Of a DNA stretch of 64,000 nt, positions 60,145 through 64,000 are shown in pieces. The notes under the pieces were generated by a model. That model ran no database searches. It had not been told where the DNA came from and saw only the letters and a program-made list of their open reading frames with translations. The DNA is taken from NCBI GenBank assembly GCA_903851445.1, contig CAINOH010000009.1, forward strand, positions 23,908-87,907, in the 5' to 3' direction. Made by a program: the position numbers and the translations under genes. This DNA comes from an uncultured Candidatus Micrarchaeota archaeon (lineage in GTDB: Archaea > Micrarchaeota > Micrarchaeia > Norongarragalinales > CAINOH01). How positions within the stretch are numbered: the first letter of the stretch is position 1; every line of letters begins with the position of its first letter.

Positions 60145-60393
60145 TCACAACAGAAACTGCGCCATAAGCGCGTAAATCAGGCAGCCGAAGGCCACCACGT
60201 AAATTGCGGAGTCCGAAAGGCCGAACGGCCGTCCGAGCGAGTGGTCGCTGTAAATCTCGGCCATCGTGGGCGTGTCGGTCGTGTCAAGGACGTGGACCAA
60301 CCCCGCGTCCTCCAGCCACATCACGGCCTGCACAGTAAGGGGCGCGTAGTGGAACGGCGCCTTGTTCTTGTACGGGTTCTTGCTTTCTGCCAT
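60145..60393 (-). CDS. Unknown small protein with one C-terminal TM (operon gene C)
   Basis: 82 aa, tightly spaced within the operon. Confidence 0.8.
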   Translation of the reverse strand: MAESKNPYKNKAPFHYAPLTVQAVMWLEDAGLVHVLDTTDTPTMAEIYSDHSLGRPFGLSDSAIYVVAFGCLIYALMAQFLL

Positions 60394-60409
60394 AATGCCC
60401 TTTCGCCTT

Positions 60410-60883
60410 TTAGTCTACTGTCATGATTGTACGCTGTACTCCGAACACCCAGGCTCCGAAGCGCAGTGAAGCGCCCATTGCGCGAAAACGCGCTGCAAGG
60501 GCGAACATCAAAAGCGACCCTGCCGGGAAAACCGTGAAAGTGTAGATTCCTGCAACCATCCAGAACGTGAAAATCGACCAGGCGATTTTTTCCTTGCGCC
60601 ACATGTCGATGTATTCCATTACGAAGCCGTGGCGCGTGTTCATGCGCATGACCGGGAAGTCCTTCGGGTTGACTTCGCATCCTGCGGTTGTCACGGTTGT
60701 GCGCGGCTCGGGCACTCCGCCCTTTTGCCTTGCGACCGGCGAGGCTGTGGTCTCGTTCTTCTGCTTTTGGTAAGCGCCGTGATACGCGCTCTCCTGGATG
60801 CCGGGCGCTATGGGCGCCTTGCCGTATCCCGCAGGGTCGCCGAAGCCGGAATGTTCCTGTACTGGAGTGTGCACTGAGATCAT
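60410..60883 (-). CDS. Unknown hairpin membrane protein (operon gene B)
   Basis: PVMRMNTRHGF...MWRKE, two TMs. Confidence 0.85.
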   Translation of the reverse strand: MISVHTPVQEHSGFGDPAGYGKAPIAPGIQESAYHGAYQKQKNETTASPVARQKGGVPEPRTTVTTAGCEVNPKDFPVMRMNTRHGFVMEYIDMWRKEKIAWSIFTFWMVAGIYTFTVFPAGSLLMFALAARFRAMGASLRFGAWVFGVQRTIMTVD

Positions 60884-60893
60884 CTAAATCAAC

Positions 60894-61277
60894 TTATGTT
60901 GCCTCGTAGAGCATACGAACTTTCCAGTTGTTGCTTACGTAGAAGTCCTGCCACACGAAGCGGCCGTATGCGAAGCCCGATGCAAGGCCGAATGCGCCTG
61001 CCACGAATATGTTACGCGAGATAAGAACGACTGCCATTATCGCAAGGAAGATTGCAGCTGCCTTGGCTACCTGCCATTCCTTGTAGATTCCGATTGACTC
61101 GTTGAGGTAGTCCTGCCTGCGCTTGATGTGCATGACTGAGTTCCCGTGGGTATCAGTAGGCACGAACATAGGTATGTGGTTGTAGCCGCGCTTCGGGACG
61201 GTCTCGTCCTGCGTGTGGGCCTGCCCATTAGTGAGCATTTCCCTGCGGGCCTTTGAAAGCGAATAGTCTTTTTCCAT
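60894..61277 (-). CDS. Unknown hairpin membrane protein (operon gene A)
   Basis: ATG 61277 after GAGGGGG; HIPMFVPT, VMHIKRRQDY...IYKE, two TMs. Confidence 0.85.
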   Translation of the reverse strand: MEKDYSLSKARREMLTNGQAHTQDETVPKRGYNHIPMFVPTDTHGNSVMHIKRRQDYLNESIGIYKEWQVAKAAAIFLAIMAVVLISRNIFVAGAFGLASGFAYGRFVWQDFYVSNNWKVRMLYEAT

Positions 61278-61520
61278 GTCGAACAAATCCCCCTCGATTT
61301 GCGTAACAGATTTAGGAAACCCCAAATATATAAACTGTTCGGTAGTAACAAACATTAATATTTGGTAGACAATTGACGTAGTTTGGAAACTGCCTAAAAA
61401 CAATATTCGTCAAAAGACGTATTTTGGAGGTTTGCGCCTCTGGAAAGGGGAAGGCAAGCAAGGTGGCGTTTAGGCTGCCGGAGCTACTGATTATATTTTC
61501 CAAGCCCCAGTAACACTATC
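61278..61520. promoter_or_regulatory. AT-rich divergent promoter region (membrane operon / folD operon)
   Basis: TTTATATA on the minus strand at 61333-61326; TTATAT near 61491 ahead of folD. Confidence 0.55.
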
Positions 61521-62390
61521 ATGGCACCAAGCCCGGCAACAAAGGCAAGGCTCCTGGAAGGAAAGCCCATAGCCGACACGATGCTTTCGGCTGTTGCGGC
61601 CAAGGTCGCAACGCTTGCACAAAAGCCGACCCTGGCAGTGGTCATTGCAGAAGGCAACCCTGCTTCCGAGCTATATGTCGCCAAAAAGCAGGCTGCGTGC
61701 AAGAAAGTGGGCATAAACTCGCTGCGCTTTGACATTGCCCGCACCGAGACAACTGCCAAACTCCTCTTTCTCATCCGCAAGCTCAATGCCGACCCAAAGG
61801 TGGATGGCATCCTGGTCCAGCTCCCGCTCCCAAAGCAGATTGACGAGGACGCGGTAATCGAGGCGATTGACCCGCAAAAGGACGTTGACGGCTTCCACCC
61901 GATAAACGTGGGCCGGCTCTCGCGCGGAGACGAGGATGCCGCGCTGGTCTCGGCAACACCAAAGGGAATAATCAAGCTCCTGGAATCCGCCGGAGTGGAC
62001 GTTTCTGGAAAAATATGCACAGTCGTGGGCACCAGCAACATCGTAGGAAAGCCTGTTGCCTACCTGTTGACGAACCGCAAGGCAACAGTGATTACCGCAA
62101 ACAGCAAGACCAAGGACCTGAAAGCGGTGACTCGCCAGGCCGACGTCCTCGTGGTTGGCGTTGGAAAGCCCGGGCTCGTCCGCGGCGACATGGTAAAGCC
62201 GGGTGCAATCGTGATTGACGTTGGCACAAGCAAGCTTGCGAATGGAAAGCTTGCCGGGGATGTGGACTTTGAGGCCGTCTCCCAAGTGGCGTCCATAATA
62301 ACGCCCGTGCCCGGCGGTGTCGGGCCGATGACGATTGCAAGCCTTCTTGACAACACGCTCATTGCATACGAACGCAGAAGGAAAAAGTAA
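61521..62390 (+). CDS. folD: Methylene-THF dehydrogenase/cyclohydrolase
   Basis: YVAKK, GILVQLPLP, KDVDGFHP, IVGKP, IDVG, TPVPGGVGPMT. Confidence 0.96.
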   Translation: MAPSPATKARLLEGKPIADTMLSAVAAKVATLAQKPTLAVVIAEGNPASELYVAKKQAACKKVGINSLRFDIARTETTAKLLFLIRKLNADPKVDGILVQLPLPKQIDEDAVIEAIDPQKDVDGFHPINVGRLSRGDEDAALVSATPKGIIKLLESAGVDVSGKICTVVGTSNIVGKPVAYLLTNRKATVITANSKTKDLKAVTRQADVLVVGVGKPGLVRGDMVKPGAIVIDVGTSKLANGKLAGDVDFEAVSQVASIITPVPGGVGPMTIASLLDNTLIAYERRRKK

Positions 62391-62418
62391 TTTTACTGTT
62401 GCGGGCGCGTATCCCATC

Positions 62419-63012
62419 ATGCCTATTTCCTGCCAAGACAAGAGCCAGTTGCGCAACCTGATGAAAAAGATGCGAAAGGAGCACCACCCGCTGGAGCGGA
62501 AGAAAAAGAGCGAAACCATTTGCGGAAAGCTCGTTGAAAGCACGGGATTCGGACAGGCAAAAACCATACTCTTCTACTATCCGAAATCCGACGAGGTCGA
62601 CACGCTGGCCGCAATCGCGGCTTCACTTGAGCAGAAAAAGACGGTTTGCCTCCCCTGCACGGACAGGAAAACGGGAGTGATTACGGCCTGCGAAATTTCG
62701 GGCCTGGACGGCCACAACCTTGAGAAAGCCGCCTTCGGGATACCCGAACCGAAACCCGGCGAAAACACTGCGGTCCCCGCACAAAAAATCGACCTTGTAA
62801 TAGTGCCGGGCGTTGCCTTTGACTTGCACGGCGACCGAGTGGGCCACGGCCTGGGCTACTACGACAGGTTCCTTACCAGTGCAAGGAAAGCGAAAAAAAT
62901 CGCGCTTGCCTTTGACTTCCAGGTTGTCAATGAAAAAATCGTGTGCGAGTCCCACGACGTGACAGTTGATGAGATAATAACCGAGAAAAGGCACATTGTT
63001 GTAAGAAAATAA
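62419..63012 (+). CDS. 5-formyltetrahydrofolate cyclo-ligase
   Basis: KSQLR, EVDT, FGIPEP, DLVIVPGVAFD..G.RVGHGLGYYDRFL, HDVTVD. Confidence 0.94.
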   Translation: MPISCQDKSQLRNLMKKMRKEHHPLERKKKSETICGKLVESTGFGQAKTILFYYPKSDEVDTLAAIAASLEQKKTVCLPCTDRKTGVITACEISGLDGHNLEKAAFGIPEPKPGENTAVPAQKIDLVIVPGVAFDLHGDRVGHGLGYYDRFLTSARKAKKIALAFDFQVVNEKIVCESHDVTVDEIITEKRHIVVRK

Positions 63013-63051
63013 GGAAAAACGAAGCGAATGCAGAAAAAGTGAGACATCAAA

Positions 63052-63681
63052 ATGAAAAAAATCCGCGTAGTAGTCCTCGCCTCAGGAAGGGGTAGCGACT
63101 TCGAGTCAATAGCGCAAGCTGCAAAGAAGGGCGAAATCAGCGCGGAAATGGCGTGCATGATTACCGACAACCCGTATGCTGGCGCGATTGCAAAGGCTGC
63201 CGCGCTCGGGGTGCAGTCCAAAGTGGTTGACTATGAGGCTTTCCCGAACCGCGCGGAGTACGAAAAGGAACTGCTGAAGGCGATAAGCTCAACCGGGCCC
63301 GACCTCGTTGTGCTTGCGGGGTATATGCGCATAATTCGTTCGGAGGAACTTCTCGCAAAGTACGCAGGAAAAATAATCAACGTCCACCCCTCGCTCCTGC
63401 CGAAGTACCCCGGGGCGCAAGGCCAGAAGGACGCCTTTGATGCGGGGGAAAGGGAATCTGGCTACACCATCCACTTTGTTGACGCGAGCCTGGACGGCGG
63501 GCCGATAATATTGCAGGAAAAGGTGGACATTACAGGCTGCAACGACGCTGACGGGGTCTCGGCAAGAATCCTGGTGCGCGAGCACCTCGGCCTTCCGAAA
63601 GTCGTCGGCATGTTTGCAACTGGAACGTTTGAAATAAGCGGCAAAAAAGTCACATATAAATCCAATTTGGGTAATCCTTGA
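63052..63681 (+). CDS. purN: Phosphoribosylglycinamide formyltransferase
   Basis: VLASGRGSD, VLAGYMRI, INVHPSLLP, GYTIHFVDASLDGGPII. Confidence 0.93.
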   Translation: MKKIRVVVLASGRGSDFESIAQAAKKGEISAEMACMITDNPYAGAIAKAAALGVQSKVVDYEAFPNRAEYEKELLKAISSTGPDLVVLAGYMRIIRSEELLAKYAGKIINVHPSLLPKYPGAQGQKDAFDAGERESGYTIHFVDASLDGGPIILQEKVDITGCNDADGVSARILVREHLGLPKVVGMFATGTFEISGKKVTYKSNLGNP

Positions 63682-64000
63682 TGCCCTCCAACAGCAACCT
63701 TGATTTTTCAGAGTCCGTGCAAATAATAGTCTCCGCGCTCGGCATCTCCTACGCGTTCTCCTACGTCTGGCCCGACCAGCCGTTCCTTTCAATCCTGCTC
63801 ACTGTCGGCGCCGCGTTCGTGCTGCACGAGCTGGGGCACAGGTATGTGGCAACCCGGTACGGTGCGCACGCGCGCTACCAGATGTGGACCATCGGCCTTG
63901 TTGCCGCGATAGTGCTTGCTGTTGCGCTTGGCTTTGTGTTCGCGGCACCCGGCGCAGTTTACATTTACGGGAAGGAACTTACCCGCAGCCAGAGCGGCAA
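63681..64000 (+). CDS. Site-2 protease (M50) membrane metalloprotease, partial
   Basis: Manual translation MPSNSNLDFSESVQIIVS...FVLHELGHRYVA...FAAPGAVYI. Confidence 0.88.
   Translation, partial: MPSNSNLDFSESVQIIVSALGISYAFSYVWPDQPFLSILLTVGAAFVLHELGHRYVATRYGAHARYQMWTIGLVAAIVLAVALGFVFAAPGAVYIYGKELTRSQSG

Noticed and set aside
61278-61403. 42-aa N-terminal extension of operon gene A in the ORF track
   Set aside because: It runs through the AT-rich promoter; the RBS and TATA box support ATG 61277.

Overview
Archaeal chromosomal DNA, most likely DPANN/Micrarchaeota, judged from the epsilon-type tRNA splicing endonuclease with an ARMAN-type GTYK loop, aIF2-gamma, Pelota, ABCE1, RFC-S, Cdc48, NurA and Pth2. 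The dominant feature is a large type IV pilus system at 5.7-24.5 kb: one VirB11/TadA-type ATPase, two TadB/TadC-type platform proteins, an EppA-like prepilin peptidase and 21 class III signal-peptide genes. Four more pilin-headed surface proteins lie at 46-59 kb, giving 25 in total. The window also holds a glycogen cluster, a tnpB-only IS200/IS605-family element, translation and quality-control genes, and a folate/nucleotide region (folC, pyrG, folD, 5-FCL, purN). Best candidates for new biology: (1) a five-gene operon at 59.1-61.3 kb encoding four divergent paralogous hairpin membrane proteins plus a single-TM protein, none of which I recognise; (2) a family of pilins sharing one N-terminal 'GQxAFEY' helix but carrying unrelated C-terminal payloads; (3) two co-linear paralogous minor-pilin cassettes; (4) an inverted repeat bracketing one of three tandem major pilins; (5) an ABCE1 lacking three of the four ligands of one Fe-S cluster. 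All assignments come from reading motifs by eye; no searches were run.
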